A DNA stretch of 64,000 bases from Mobula hypostoma (taxonomy: Eukaryota), in NCBI RefSeq assembly GCF_963921235.1, contig NC_086108.1, forward strand, positions 99,822,001 to 99,886,000. Direction: 5' to 3'. The position numbers and the translations under genes were made by a program. Below the pieces are notes generated by a model. That model was given only the letters and a program-made list of their open reading frames with translations, was not told the DNA's origin and made no database searches. Of this stretch, positions 12,985 through 24,910 are shown in pieces; the first letter of the stretch is position 1, and the number at the start of each line of letters is the position of its first letter.

Positions 12985-13590
12985 CAGGGTTACTTCCTTT
13001 GGAGACTAAAGAAATTTGACATGTCCCCATCAACTCTTACCAAATTTTTACCAATGCACCATAGAAAGGTGCATAATGGCTTGTTATGGCAGCTGCATTG
13101 CACGTGATTGCAAGAAACTACAGAGATTTGTGGATGCAACTCAGCACATTACTGATACCAGCTTCCCTACATGAACTCTGTCTAGACTGCTTGCTGTCTC
13201 AGTGAAGTAGCCAGTGGAATCAAATACCTCACCCACCCTGGGCATTCTGTCTTCTCCCTTCTCCCATCAAGCAGAAGATACAAAACCCCAAGATTGTGCA
13301 CTCCCAGGTTCAAAGACAACTTCTATTCCACTGTTATCAGACTCTTGAACAGACCTCTCCTACAATAATATGAATTCCTGGCCTCACAAACTACCTCATT
13401 ATGATCTTGAACTTTATCGTTTACCTACTTTGCATTTTATGGATAGCTTTTCCAGTTTATTCCACATTTTTATTGTCTTAGCTTATTCTAACTCAATGCA
13501 CTGTGTAATGAATTGATCTGTATGAACAGTATGCAAGACAAGCTTTTCACTGTATTTCATGTATGACACTAATAAACCAATACCAATTGT
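12985..13590 (+). mobile_element. Rex1/Babar-like LINE 3' fragment
   Basis: YFLWRLKKF.., HPGHSVFSLLPSSRRY..FKDNFYSTVIRLLN, then a 3' UTR ending in aataaaccaataccaat. Confidence 0.75.
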
Positions 13591-14074
13591 TTTCTATATT
13601 TTTTAACCAATAAAACTCGGTAGACTCATGTATCGATCATGCAGAATGCACACTGTCATATTGATTTAAGAATGCTACAAATTATTTTCAAAATGCACCG
13701 AGCAATCCCATTTGTGAGTTGTGCCTGCTTATGAGCCCTCCAGATGGTGATCTGGTAGATTGTGGTATGTCACAATATTGTCATGAATTCACTTGTTCAT
13801 CAGTTTGTATTTACTAATTGCAATTTATTTGCTCTTAATAGAGATCGAAACTTGATGTATCTCTCATATACAAACTGAATCCATTTTGCCTAAAGCTAAT
13901 TTTTTTTAGCTCCAAACTGAACCAAGACTATAAAACAATCAGTTAACGATGTACTTATGATGCATCATAAGTTCTTTACACAGGGAGTGGTGGATGCAAG
14001 GAATAGCCTGCTGGAAGTGGTCGTAGAGGCAGATACGTTAGGGACATTGAAGAGACTCTTGGGTACGCACATGG

Positions 14075-15870
14075 ATGACGGAGAGTAAAAGTTTTTTCAA
14101 GTATGTTAAAAATAAAAGAGAAATGAGAGTGGATATAAGAACACCAGAAAATGAGGCAGGAGGAATAATAACAGGAGACAAGGAGATGGCTGATGAACTA
14201 AATGAATATTTTGCATCAGTCTTCACTGTGGAAGACACTAGCAGTATGCCTGATGTTGTAGTGTGTGAAGGAACACAAGTGGGTGCAGGTACAATTACAA
14301 GGTGCTCAAAAAGCTGAAAGACCTAAAAGTACCTGGACCAGATGATCTGCACCCTAGGGTTCTGAAAGAGGTAGCAGTAGAGATTGTGGAGGCATTAGTA
14401 ATGATCTTCCAAGAATCATTGGACTCTGGCATGGCTCCAGAGGACTGGAAAATTGCAAATGTCACTCTGCTCTTTAAGAAAGGAGGAAGGCAGCAGAAAG
14501 GAAACTATAGCCTGACCTCAGTGAATGGGAAGATGTTAAGGTCAATCGTTAAGTACCTGGTGACACAGGACAAGATAGCACAAAGTCAGCATGGTTTCCT
14601 TCAGGGAAAATCCTGCCTGACGAACCAGTGGAATTCTTTGAGGAGATTACAAGTAGGATAGATAAAGGGGATGCAATGGATGTTGTATATTTGGACTTTC
14701 AGAAAACCTTTGACAAGGTGCCACACTTGAGGCTGCTTACCAAGTTAAGAGCCCATGGTATTATAGGAAAGTTACTAAGATGATCAGAGCATTGGCTGAT
14801 TGGTAGGAGGCAGCGAGTGGGAATAAAAGGATCCTTTCCTGGTTGGCTGCCAGTGACTATTAGTGTTCTGCAGGGGTCAGTGTTGGGATCACTTCGTTTA
14901 TTCTGTATATCAATGATTTAGATGAAGGAGTAGATGGCTTTGTTGCCAAGTTTGCAGATGATACGAGGATTGGTGGAAGGGTAGGTGTTGAGGAAACAAG
15001 TAGGACGTAGAAGATTAGGCGTATGGTCAAGAAAGTGGCAAATGAAATACAATGTTTGAAAGTGCATTGTCATGCACTTTGTAGTAGACGTAAGTCTGCA
15101 GACTATTTTCTAAATGGGAAGAAAATCCAAAAATCTGAGACATAAAGGGACTTGGGAGTCCTTGTGCCGAACACCCTAAAGGTTAACTTGCAGGTTGAGT
15201 TGGTGGTGAGGAAGGCAAATGCCATGTTAGCATTCATTGCAAGAGGTCTAGAATACAAGAGCAAGGATGTGATGCTGAGACTTTAAAAGGCACTAGTAAG
15301 GCTTCACCTTGAGTATTGTGAACAGTTTTGGGCCCCTCATCTTAGAAAGGATATACTGGCATTGGAGAGGGTCCAGAGGAGGTTCACAAGGATGATTCCA
15401 GGAATGAAAGGGTTATCATACAAGGTACGTTTGATGGCTCTGGGTCTGTACTCGCTGGAATTCAGAAGGATGAGGGGGGATCTCATTGAATCCTTTTGAA
15501 CGTTGAAAGGCCTAGACGGAGTAGATGTGGAAAGGATGTTTCCCATGGTGGGAGAATCTAGGGCCAGATGGCACAGCCGCAGGATAGAGGGACGTCCATT
15601 CAAAACAGAGATGAGGAGAAATTGCTTTAACCAATGGGTGGTGAATTTGTGGAATTTGTTGCCACATGAAGCTGTGGAATGTGGGTTGTTGGATGTATTT
15701 AAGGCAGAGATTTGATAGGTTCTTGATTGGACATGGCATCAAAGGTTACGGGGAGAATGCTGGGAACTGCGGTTGAAGAGGGGGATAAAAAAGGATCAGC
15801 TATGATTGAACAACGTAGCAGACTTGATGGGCCAGATGGCCTAATTCCGCTCCTATGTCTTCTGGTCTTG
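14075..15870 (+). mobile_element. CR1 LINE, 5'-truncated RT pseudogene
   Basis: PGPDDLHPRVLKE..PEDWKIANVT.LFKKG, QHGF..GKSCLTN, VYLDFQK.FDKV, KFADDT, and the 3' UTR; multiple frameshifts. Confidence 0.95.
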
Positions 15871-17889
15871 TGATAGAAAAATAGAGGGCTGTGTAGGAGG
15901 CAAAGGTGAGATTGATCTTAAAAGGCCAAAGGGCCTGTATTATACTGTAATGTTCTATGGTCATAGCATTCCACAGTAAAATACCTCCCAAAGGAATCAT
16001 GGGCTCAGCAAAAGACCGTGGCCACAACCACATTTTCAGATGTGCCCATTCTACGTGTTCCTAAAATTCCTTCAAAATTAAACTCTCCATTGAGTGAAAA
16101 TATTTTGTCACGTTGGTTTGGGTTTGCATCTCTTAATTATACTCAATCTGATTCTGCATGCTATACTACATGAGTGCAGTGATATTTTTTTTATCACTGT
16201 AGATTCCTGTAAAGGTACCATCCCAGCAGATTAATTGTATTCTACACCAATCTTGTTGCTAATAAATGGGAAATGACTTTCAGCAATGAAGACTTTTTCT
16301 TCTTGGTACGAGCTTGGGATCTGATGCTTCACTGTCAAAGGAACTGAAGCATCTTTTTTTCCCAATGCTGCAACACCTAATCTAACTCCAGTAACTTCCT
16401 CTTTCAAAATTCAAAGTAAATTTCTGATCATAGTACACGTTACCATATACTGCGCCGAGATTCATTTTCTTGCAGACGGTCATAGTAGGACAAAGAAACA
16501 CAATAGAGTCAATGAAAGACTACGCCTAAGCAAAGATGCAAAGTAACGCAATCAGTGCAAATGCAAAAAAAAAGCAACGAATAAATAAATAAATATTTGA
16601 ATATGAGCTTTTGAATTCTTGAAAGAGAGTCCATAGGTTGTAGAGTCATTTCAATGTTGACGTGGGTGAAGTTCTCCACAATGGTTCAGAACCATGATGG
16701 TTGAGGGGTAATAAATGTTCCTGAACCTGGTGGTGTAAGTCCCAGGCATCCTGTATCACCTTCCATGGCAGGTGATGGCAGCAGCGAGAAGTTTAGTCAT
16801 TTCGCCACAATGACCCTTCACCTCCTGTTCTTGATATTATTTATTTATTTGTTTGTTTGTTGCTGTATTTCTTCTTTTTGTATTTGTACAGTTTATTGTC
16901 TTCTGCACTCTGGTTAAACGCCCTAGTCGTGCGGACTTTCATTGATTCTGTTATGGTTATTATTCCATAGATTTATTGAGTATGTCCACAGGAAAATGAA
17001 TCTCAGGGTTATATATGGTGACATATATGTACTTTGATAATTAAATTTACTTTGTACTTTGACATCAAAGGCTGATGGGAGACTTAACAGGATTTTCTGA
17101 AATTATGAGATTTATAAATAAGATAAACAGTCAGCATCATTTTCCTGGATCAAATATGAAAAAAATGAACTTGAGGTGAGGGCGAAATGTTTATACTTTA
17201 TATTTTATTGTCGCCAAACAATTGATACCAGAGCGTACAATCATCACAGCGATATTTGACTCTGCGCTTCCCGCTCCCTGGATTATAAATCAATAGTAAA
17301 TATTAAAAATATTATAGATGTGTGGGACAAGTTAACTTATGTTAAGAGTGATAGGTGTCAAGAACAGGCTGCCAGGAGGTAGTAGTGGAAGAGGATATGA
17401 TAATGGTGTATACTGTAAGTGACTGCTAGACGGACACATTGAATATACAGGGAATGGAGGGATATAGATCATGTACAGGCAGAAAAAAACTAGTTTACAT
17501 CAACATCATGCTGAGCGCAGACACTGTGGGCCAAAGGATCTGTTCCTGTGGTGTACTGTTCTATGTCCCATGTATGTTAATGGTCCCTTGTAAATTTCTC
17601 TTATTGTGAGGCTTAGTGCTAGAATCTGGCAGGAGTTGTATGAATGGACATGGAAAAGGAAAATATCTACTTGTATAAGGAGAATAAAAGGCAATTCGTG
17701 TGGCTCAAAGGACTGGAAGAGCCTATTCTGCACTGTATCTCTAAACAAAATGTAAATATGTATATAGGAGCAGTAGTGTGTGAGAAGTGTGATCCCTCGA
17801 GTTGAGTGTGAAGTTCTCCTTTAATGGAGACACCTCTGTAAGACTTTGTTTAACCTGGGAAGGTTGATGCATGGGGGGTAGCTACCACA

Positions 17890-19597
17890 TAAGACCATAA
17901 GAACGGAAGACATAGGAGCAGAATTAGGCCATTTGGCCCATCGAATCTGCTCCACCATTCAATCATGGCTGATCTGCTTTTTTTTCTCCTCAACCCCATT
18001 TCCTGACCTTTGTCCTGTAACCTTTGAGACCCCATCAATATCAATCTCTGCCTTAAATATATTCAATGACCTGGCTGCTACAGCTGCATGTGGCAACAAA
18101 TTCCACAAATTCACCACCCTTTAACTAAAGAAATTTCTCCGCATCTCTGATTTGAATGGATGCCCTTTATCCTGAGGGTGTGCCATCTTGTCCTAGACTC
18201 TCCCGCTATGGGAAGCATCCTTTCCACATCTATTCTGTCTAGGCCTTTCAACATTCAAAAGGTTTCAATGAAGTCCAACCCCCATCCTTCTGAATTCCAG
18301 TATGTACAGAACCAGAGCCATCAAACGTTCCTCGTATGAAAACACTTTCATTCCTGGAATCATCCTTGTGAACCGCCTCTGGACCCTCTTCAATGCCAGC
18401 ACAAAACTGTTCACAATACTCAAGGTGAAGCCTTACCAGTGCCCTTTAAAGCCTCAGCATCACATCCTTGCTCTTGCAATGAATGCTAACATGACATTTG
18501 CCTTCCTCACCACCAACTCAACCTGCAAGTTAACCTTTAGTGTTCTGCACAAAGACTCACAAGTCTCTTTGCATCCCAGATTTTTGGATTTTCTTTCCAT
18601 TTAGAAAATAGTCTGCAGATTTACGTCTACTGCCAAAGTGCATGACAATGCATTTTTCAACATCGTATTTCATTTGTCACTTTCTTGCCCATTCTCCTAA
18701 TCAATCTAAGTCCTTCTGCATCTTATTTGTTTCCTCAACACCTACCTCTCCAGCAACCTTCGTATCATCAGCGAACTTGGCAACAAAGCTATCTGTTCCT
18801 TCATCTAAATCATTGATATACAGCATAAAAGAAGTGATCCCAACACTGACCCCTGCAGAACACCACTAGTCGTTGACAGCCAACCAGAAGTGGATCCTTT
18901 TATTCCCACTCGCTGCCTCCTACCAATCAGCCAATGCTCTGATCATCTTAGTAACTTTCCTATAATACCATGGGCTCTTAACTTGGTAAGCAGCCTCATG
19001 TGTGGCACCTTGTCAAAGGCCTTCTGGAAGTCCAAATGTACAACACCCACCGCATCCCCTCTATCTATCCTACTTGTAATCTCCTCAAAGAATTCCAACA
19101 GGTTCATCAGGCAGGATTTTCCCTTAAGGAAACCATGCTGACTTTCTCCAATCTTGTTCTGTGTCACCAAGTACTCCATCACCTTGTCCTTAACAATTGA
19201 CTCTAACATCTTCCCAACCACTGAGGTCAGGCTAACTGGTCTATAAATTCCTTTCCTCTATTCTTAAAGAGTGGAGTGACATTTGCAATTTTCCAGTCCT
19301 CTGGCACAATGCCAGAGTCCAATGATTTTTGAAAGATCATTTCTAATGCCGCCACAATCTCTAACACTACGCCTTTCAGAACCCTAGCTTGCATCTGGTA
19401 TGGGTGACTTATGTACTTATATGTCTTTTGGCTTTTCGAGCACATTCTCCTTTGTAATAGCAACTGCATCCGCTTCTCTTCCTTCACACACTACAACATC
19501 AGGCATACTGCTAGTGTCTTCCACAGTGAAGACTAATGCAAAATACTCATTTAGTTCATGAGCCATCTCCTTGTCCCCCGTTATTATTTCTCCGGTC
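17890..19597 (-). mobile_element. CR1 LINE, 5'-truncated, same subfamily as 14075-15870
   Basis: ESQHGFLKGKSCLMNLLEFFEEITSRIDRG..LDFQKAFDKVPHMRLL; CR1 3' tail at the left end. Confidence 0.95.
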
Positions 19598-20152
19598 AGA
19601 TGGCCTACTCCTGCTCCTATTTCTGATGTTCTTATGCTCTTATGTAGTACATGGTAGGGTCAGGAATAATTCCAATGCTTAAAAGACATTGGGAATGGCA
19701 AATAGATAGGAAAGGTTTAAGGAGATTTGGGCCAAATGTAGGGAATGGGAGTACAGCTCAGCCTCGCACCTTCATCACAATGGGTTTGTTTCTGTGTTGA
19801 ATAACTCTATGACTCTATGGACAGGGGAATCAAGTGGTTGAAATTCTTGACCCCGCAGTTGAAGACCAAATGTAGCACACATCTCTGAGGTGAAACCTGC
19901 TACCTGGGAGAGGCAACACTGCAATCCAGTTCTGCTGAAAAGTCACATCCTAAAAGTCACATCAACACAAGGGATTCTGCAGATCTTGGAAATATTGAAC
20001 AACTTTCACAAAATCCTGGAGGAACTCAGCAAGTCAAGCAGCATCTAATCCTTTCTTCCATAGTTTTGTGTGTGTTACCTGAAACAATGGCCCTGTTTCT
20101 CTTTCCACAGATACTGGATGATATGCTGTATTTTTCCAGCAGTCTTTTTGAT

Positions 20153-20770
20153 TTAGATTATGGAGACATGCAGTCCTCTTTTATTGTCATTTAGTAATGC
20201 ATGCATTAAGAAATGATACAATATTTCCTCCAGTGTGATATCACAAAACACAGGACAGACCAAGGCTGAAAAAACTGACAAAACCACATAATTATAACAT
20301 ATAGTTACAACAGTGCAACAATATCATAACCTGATGAAGAAGTCCATGAGCACAGTAAAAGTTCAAAGTCTCTCAAATGTCCCACATCTCACGCAGACGG
20401 GAGAAGGAAGAACTCTCCCTGTCGTGCCGACCACAGTCCGACTCTGAGTCATCCGAAAACTTTGAACCCTGATCAGCCCTCCAACACCGAGTACTGAGTG
20501 CCATCTCTGTCCAAACGATTTGACCTCAATCTCAGTTGCCAACGGCAGGCAAAGTCGGGGATTTTGAGGTCTACCCTACGAAAGATTCCCGACCATGCAG
20601 TAATGACAGTGGTGAACGAGCGTTTCAGAAATTTCTCCAGATGTTCCTCTGTACTTTCACGTCCATCTCCATCAAATCAGAATTGTCCACGGCCCCTATT
20701 TAATGGATACAATATCATTTTTCACCGGAGGGCTGAGCATGCTCGTTGCGCTGCTCTCTCTCCTCCCTCC
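20153..20770 (-). mobile_element. Non-autonomous retroelement family (AATCT-type tail, non-tRNA head)
   Basis: Close copy at 37208-37697 and a related copy at 40342-40880, all sharing the CTTTTATTGTCATTTAG..GTTACA.CAGTGCAA 3' block. Confidence 0.7.
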
Positions 20771-20911
20771 TGATAAATCTGATTTTATTTCCGATTTCCA
20801 GCATCTGCGATTACTTATATTTTTGATCCCATTTTAATTTCTTAGAACTGATTTATTAATTAAAAAGTATAATTTAAAATAAAGTAAAATATGTAATAAC
20901 TAAGTACTTAC

Positions 20912-20921
20912 CTTTCCCCAT
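20912..20921 (-). CDS. Candidate first coding exon (MGK) of an unidentified minus-strand gene
   Basis: ATG GGG AAA G followed by a consensus donor AAG|gtaagt (20906-20911), with an in-frame TAA directly upstream. Confidence 0.3.
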
Positions 20922-21309
20922 TTAACCTGTCAGAATCTCCATTTATATCAAAGAGATTGTTTGATGACATGCCAAATCTGATTGGCACATGATCAGGGAG
21001 GAAGTAACCGAATGAAATGCTGAGGATCCTAGCAAGATCAGGCTCTGCATGGAGTCCAGAAAATGGAGTGACAGCTGCATCCTTTCAGTGTCATTAAAAA
21101 GCCTTTGTTACAATTTTTAAATGTCAGATGAGAAAGGGAGTGATAGAGCTGGGCCTGATGGAACTAGGCCTCATTGAACTACTAAGCTTGGTTAAACTAG
21201 AACCGATCCACATTTTTGCAATTTCCCACTTTTTATAGTGCTTCATTTCAAATCCAGAGAAATTCCCCCCCCCTCAATTTAGACAACAAAGTTTTGTCTT
21301 TTTTTGAGC

Positions 21310-21680
21310 CCAAAAAGTCGACTGTTTACTCCTTTCGATAGATGGAGCCTGGCCTGCTGAGTTCTTCCAGCATTTTGTGTGTGTTACCTGAATTTCCAGC
21401 ACTGAAGATTTTCTCATGCTTGTGAAACTTTTTTCTCCTCTGGTTGAAAGTGTTTGCTGGTCTAGAATCAACACAAGAGATTCTGCAGGTGCTGGAAATC
21501 TTGAGTAACACACACAAAATGCCGGAGAAACTCAACAAGCCAGGTAGCATCTGTGGAGGGGGATAAACAGTTGATGCTTCGACTAGAACTGTGTCAAACT
21601 GAAACGGCAACTATTTATTCCCCTTCATAGATGCTGCCTAAGTTGCTGAGTTCCTCCAGCAATCTGTGTGTGTTCCCAGT
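21310..21680. mobile_element. Cluster of degenerate Penelope terminal fragments in both orientations
   Basis: GATGCTGCC..GCTGAGTTCCTCCAGCA..TGTGTGTGTT motifs on both strands. Confidence 0.65.
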
Positions 21681-22182
21681 TTAGAATATGTCTGTGCCAC
21701 TGAGCAATAGATTGGGATACCTCTGAGCAGACATGATAGAAATTTCTCTCTGCCACTTGGTCATTTCAGGAAAATTAGCTTGCTCACAGTCACTGAATTG
21801 TTAAGCAGAGTGCAGATTACTGCACCTTTTTTTTAAAACTTCAGGTACATTATGACAGGGAAATGAAAGTTACTGTTGCATATAACTAGCTTCCAGGGTG
21901 ATCCAGCCTGTTTTCAATTAATGAGGTTATACACGTTACAAGCATCCAATTAGACATGCAGTATACCTGTGTGACATAAATGTGCTTACATATCTGATTG
22001 CTATGCAATACGCATACAATGAGTATGAGATACACATGCCCTTGGTTAGCATATCTCAGACATAATCCTATTTAAGCGTCTTTATTGTTTCAACGATACA
22101 GGTATTAATTATTTGGCTAGATTGATGCTGACTAATCCGTGAAGCTGTTTCATTATAACCTTCACTTTTTAAAAAATTTCAG

Positions 22183-22307
22183 ACGAACCCCTCGAGTGCT
22201 TCATCTGTCGAGAACAGGAGGTGACAGACCGGGATTTCTTGCTACGGTATTGCGACTGCAAGAGTTTAGCTGCTCATCACAAGTGCTTGTTGACCTGGAT
22301 ACAGAAG
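22183..22307 (+). CDS. Exon encoding the N-terminal part of a RING-CH (RINGv/MARCH-like) zinc finger, probable E3 ubiquitin ligase
   Basis: Acceptor ..aatttcag and donor AAG|gtaata, phase 1 to 0. Reads EPLECFICREQEVTDRDFLLRYCDCKSLAAHHKCLLTWIQK = C-x2-C-x14-C-x-C-x5-H-x2-C-L-x2-W. CpG-retaining and non-repetitive. Confidence 0.85.
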
Positions 22308-23320
22308 GTAATAAAACCCTATCAGAACCCACAACAAGCTATTGATCAACTTGCCGAAACAAAGCCTTCAGTTGCATTGAAGATTCTGGCTGTGAGAAAA
22401 TATCTGTTCTCCTGAAGGCTACTGATTGAAAACTAAAAAAACCCTTTCACCTCTATATAATTAGCATTTTGCACCATTCACTGATGACTTTACAGAAGCA
22501 TCCCAATGGATATTTCTTTTAAATGCAATGAATTTTGTATGCTTCAACTGTGAATCTCACTTCTCAATCCCATGCAATCCATTTTAATTCAAGCATTTTG
22601 CTTAGCAAGGTTTTTATTTCTGGGGTGCTCTGAATTCTGTACACTTGACCAAGCCCATTCTCAATTGTGCCTTCAGCGTCAGTCTCTAAATTTCAGGGTC
22701 TAATCTCCATTCGGCCCATTGAGTCTGCTGTGCCATTTCATCATAGCTGACTTATTATCCCTCTCAATCCCATTCTCTTGCCTTCTCCCGGTAACCAATA
22801 ACACCATGAATAACTAGGAACCTATCAGCCTCTGCTTTAATTATGCACAATACTTGGCCTCCTTAGCCATCGGTGGCAATGAATTGCTTAGATTCACCTC
22901 GCTCAGGGTAAATAAATTCCTCCTCATCGCAATTCTCATCCGTATGTCTCACCACCCCTTCTCCTTTGAGGTGTTTTCTACAATGCAATTCGTCAATCCA
23001 GCCCGCGGAGCTGGTCCTAACACCCATTCACTTCCCTCAGTGTCACTGTCTGATGTTTCAAGAAGAGCACTTTGAGAGGCAAATTAATATTCCTATATTA
23101 CCGGAAGTAACGTTTGAGCACTGTCATGCTGTCATTTCATATTACAAATCTATTTATTATTGGGGTAAAATTTTGACTACGAAACCAGCAATAATGATCA
23201 CCAATAATTGCTTTGAATCATAGAATTTTCACAGGGAGCTATTTTAACCATCATGTCAGCACCATCTGTATCCTCCCTGCAAACTGTGGACCTGGAGATG
23301 AGTAGAAATAGTAGTGTAAT

Positions 23321-23680
23321 CACTCAAGTCGAGAATGATGCTCTCCTAATGGGTTGTCTGTTGGTGACTCCTCACTCAGTTGGCTGTAGTGGCTGATCCG
23401 GGGTCCACTTATTCCGATGCAGTAGGACATGAGTAAGTGGTGGCTGTGGTCAGTGACTGAGTCTTTTGGTCGTTCAGTCTCTCCTTTCACAGCTGCCACT
23501 TGTTCTCTGTGGCACAGCGGAGATCATTCTCATATAATGCAGCTCCCTCTTCAACAGATTTCCTCCAAGTGCAGCTATCAAGTGCAATGTCTTCCCAGTT
23601 TTTAGATGTAACATTAAATTTTTCCAGCTGATTTTGATGTTATCTTTGAAGCGTTTCCTTTGCCCACCAGGGGCAGGAAA
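23321..23680 (-). mobile_element. RTE-clade LINE 3' end
   Basis: APGGQRKRFKDNIKIS..WEDIALD..WRKSVEEG C-terminal motif. Confidence 0.8.
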
Positions 23681-23989
23681 CGGATGATTTGGCCGATGCA
23701 TGAGTGGTTGAGGAAGTGGTGAAGGGGGCAGCGTTACAGATTTTGGGATCATTGGGATCTCTTCTGAGGAAGGTATAACCTGTACCAGGATGGGTTATAA
23801 CTGAACCTAAGCTTGCGGGCAGGTTTGCTAACAATGTTCAGGAGGTCTTAAACTAATTTGGCAGGGGTGTAGGAATGGGAGTGATGAGGCTGAGGATGGG
23901 ACAGTTGGTATACAAGTTGATATGTTGTGTAGTGAAGCTGTGAGGAAGGACAGGCTGATGATAGGGCAAAATTACTGTCAGTGAAGTGT

Positions 23990-24510
23990 TGGTTGTTCGT
24001 CCATCGTTGACGTCGATGAGGACCTCGACACCATTATGATGGTGTCGAGACTAGCGCGTGATTTGGATTTAAGTGAGGGAGAGCTGCGCAGCGTCAGCCT
24101 CACTCTCTCTTCCCAATTCCCATCTGGATCCAGTGGCAAGACAGAGTCTAGACGGCTGGAGATGTGTCTAGGCGCAGTGGATGACCAGGACGTCTTCTGT
24201 GTCTTATCCTGCTCTACACGTTCCACGACGCTTGCAGAGACCGCCTTCTTGACCGTTGGACCTTCCATTGGTCTCGTCCGCTCAATCCGCCGGAGTCTGT
24301 CTTCACATGCTGGGATAGACAACTCCCTATCTCAGTGACGGTTTGAGACCCGTCGGCTACCCTCACCTGGTTTAACTGGCTTGTCGAAGCCGTTGCCCGG
24401 GGTGTGGCCGCTGTCGCATGCAAACAGCTACGGGGAGCCACAGGTGAGAGCTGCGTGCCAGGTGGGGACCAAAGGTGGACTAACCGCCCTGAAAAGGACG
24501 TGACAACATT
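23990..24510 (-). mobile_element. Young RTE-related non-autonomous element
   Basis: 10-bp TSD AGTGAAGTGT (23980-23989 / 24511-24520), CpG-rich, RTE-like 3' end GATGGACGAACAACC on the minus strand. Confidence 0.7.
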
Positions 24511-24539
24511 AGTGAAGTGTAACATGGGGGCAAAATCAC

Positions 24540-24910
24540 TAGATAAGAGAACTAGATAGGGTGGATGTGGAGAGGATGTTTCCTGTGGTAGGGGTGTCCA
24601 AAACTAAAGGGCATAGCCTCAGAATTGAGGAGCAACCCTTTAGAACAGAGGTAAGGAGGAAGAGGAATTTTTTTAGCCAAGGAGTAGTAAATGTGTGGAA
24701 TGCTCTGCTGTAGACTGCTGTGACGCCCGTGTGTATACTTAAGGTGGAAGTTGATCGTTTCCTGATCACTCAGGATATTAAAGGATATGGCAAGGCAAGA
24801 AGGCAGGTGTATGGGGCTGACTGGGATCCAGGGTCAGCCCTGAAGGAATGGCGGAGCAGACTCGATGGGCTGAATGGCTTAATTCTGCTCCTATGTCTTA
24901 TCGTCTTATG
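24540..24910 (+). mobile_element. Nested CR1 3' fragment
   Basis: LDRVDVERMFPVVG.SKTKGHSLRI and the CR1 3' UTR. Confidence 0.8.

Noticed and set aside
22139..22415. ORF-track ORFs 22139-22345 and 22221-22415 as standalone genes
   Set aside because: The first is the wrong frame. The second is the RING exon read through its donor site and lacks the first CxxC.
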